Positions 62,501-64,000 of a stretch of 64,000 nt of DNA are shown piece after piece. A model generated the notes under the pieces. It worked only from the letters and a program-made list of their open reading frames with translations, was not told where the DNA came from and ran no database searches. The DNA is from Podarcis muralis. Its lineage: Eukaryota. A program made the position numbers and the translations under genes. The stretch lies in the NCBI RefSeq assembly GCF_964188315.1, contig NC_135666.1:35092001-35156000 (forward strand). The letters run 5' to 3'. The stretch's first letter is position 1; each line of letters starts with the position of its first letter.

Positions 62501-63766
62501 CTCCTTACGGTAATTCTGCGCCATATCATATATTCTAACATTGATTTGGCATTACCATAAAAGAATAATGTCCAATATATGAATTAGGTATCTCAATCTC
62601 ATCATTATTACCACTATAAAATGTTAAAAGAGTATTTCATGAGCAGAGCACAATTTTTTCCTTTGTAGGGGAAATTAGGTAGTATATCAATTAATACTAA
62701 ATTGCAGTATCACTCGGAATACTTACGACATTCAGATGAATACCAAATGAATTCATTATGATAAGTGCTAACACAATGAATACCGAATGAATTAATATTA
62801 GTCAAACCATTATCAAGCATTGCAGTGATATTTGCCTGATTCAATATTAGGGATAGATTTGAACACATCATTAAATAGTATGGGTCAGATTCTGCTTCTG
62901 CTGAAGGAAGCAGGATCACTTCAAGGGAACTAGGATTGTACTGCGCTGTGATTTAGAATAACATTGATGTAGGGACAAGGAAAATATACAATGGATGCCT
63001 TCATACCATAAAAAGTCCTTTACTCACCGAAGTGCGCTATGTGTCTTCTCTTTATTAATATATGTGCTGCTTTGTGAGAGAATAACTTAACTTTTTGATA
63101 AGGAATGGTCTTCCTCAATGATTGACCTGGAGCAGCACACTATCATGAGGGCAAATACTGAGGCCCCAGTTTGAAAGAAATGGTGTGAATATAACAATGT
63201 CCATTCATTGTTTGTGCTTCAGACCATAGTAAAGATAAACTAGGCTGCACCCGTAATATTTATGTGTTCCGATGCAATGCATTTCAACAATTTATATCTA
63301 TTAGAGATTTAGTAAGACATGAAGGCATAAGTGGATTTAATCAGACATGTAATTATTTTTACGCCTGCAATACAAAAATATGCATAAATGAATTTATGGT
63401 TATTTGGCAATCAGGAGGAATAGTGTTTATAAATGTTGAAACAGCTGCTGGCAAATCTATGTGCAAAAGCAAGGAAAACAGCTTTTAGCATCTACTAGGC
63501 AGGTGAGCAATAAAGGGCTTAGTGAGGCTTGTTTAGTATCTTATGGATGTGTGGGTAAATTTGGGGCAATTTCACGCAAGTCTGCTAAATGTTAGTGGTT
63601 GCGTGCATATCTGTTTTGACAGTGCAAGCCTGTCCTCAGTTAGCTGACTGGACAATGATAGGATTGTCATTGTAAGGGGAGAAAATGAAGATGGGCATGC
63701 TGGGGAAGTAAGGAAATAGCCAGGTTAGTTGGTTACCAAGCCTTCAGCAGGGCTAGATCGTGTTTC

Positions 63767-63832
63767 ATAGAATCATAGAATTACAGTTGGATGGGACTGC
63801 AAGGGTAATCTAGTCCAACCCCCTGCAATGCA
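63767..63832 (-). mobile_element. CR1-type SINE/LINE tail
   Basis: catagaatcatagaa...ctagtccaaccccctgcaatgcag, the same tail family as 8729 and 37. Confidence 0.7.
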
Positions 63833-63839
63833 GCTAAAG

Positions 63840-64000
63840 CAGGGGTCAGCAACCTTTTTCAGCTGTGGGCCAGTCCACCATCCCTCAGACCATGTGGTGG
63901 GCCAGACTATATTTTGGGGGGGAAATGAACGAATTCCTATGCCCCACAAATAACCCAGAAACGCATTTTAAATAAAAGGACACATTCTACTCATGTAAAA
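63840..64000. mobile_element. hAT MITE (family of 52549-52871), cut by the window end
   Basis: caggggtcagcaacctttttcagc...ccatccctcagaccatgtggtgggcc. Confidence 0.88.

Noticed and set aside
1-64000. Naming a host gene (compared from memory with multi-promoter genes such as PDE4D/B, ANK2/3, TCF4, DLG2)
   Set aside because: None of the candidate exon peptides matched N-termini or domains I can recall, so no gene symbol is assigned.
1-64000. CRISPR arrays, rRNA, operons or endogenous viral coding genes
   Set aside because: The sequence is eukaryotic non-coding DNA; no spacer-repeat arrays, rRNA signatures or gag/pol/env/viral ORFs were seen.

Overview
This is 64 kb of AT-rich non-coding vertebrate DNA from a squamate reptile. 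The Sauria-type SINEs, Bov-B/RTE, L2 and CR1-tailed SINEs fit a lizard, probably a lacertid (inference from the repeat complement only). I cannot recognise any intact host protein-coding gene. The only ORFs with recognisable homology are decayed retroelement remnants (Bov-B RT C-terminus, an RTE LINE, L2 C-termini). The window reads like the interior of very long introns or intergenic DNA. It contains about 9 Sauria SINE copies or fragments, several other tRNA-headed SINEs, Tc2-, Tigger-, hAT- and Harbinger-like MITEs (many with visible TIRs and TSDs), two or three solo LTRs, Penelope-like fragments, microsatellites and one 132-N gap. The most notable observations are: (1) a minimal hammerhead-ribozyme motif in a Penelope-like fragment (50350-50392); (2) a TSD-flanked, apparently young solo LTR (60871-61644); (3) several nested insertions and a Sauria SINE with an inverted head; (4) a roughly 4.7 kb TE-depleted island with promoter-like motifs (26850-31620); (5) unverified minus-strand splice signals (micro-exons, possible alternative first exons, possible recursive splice sites) suggesting a long minus-strand transcription unit. 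Family names are from memory of consensus sequences and need RepeatMasker/Dfam confirmation.
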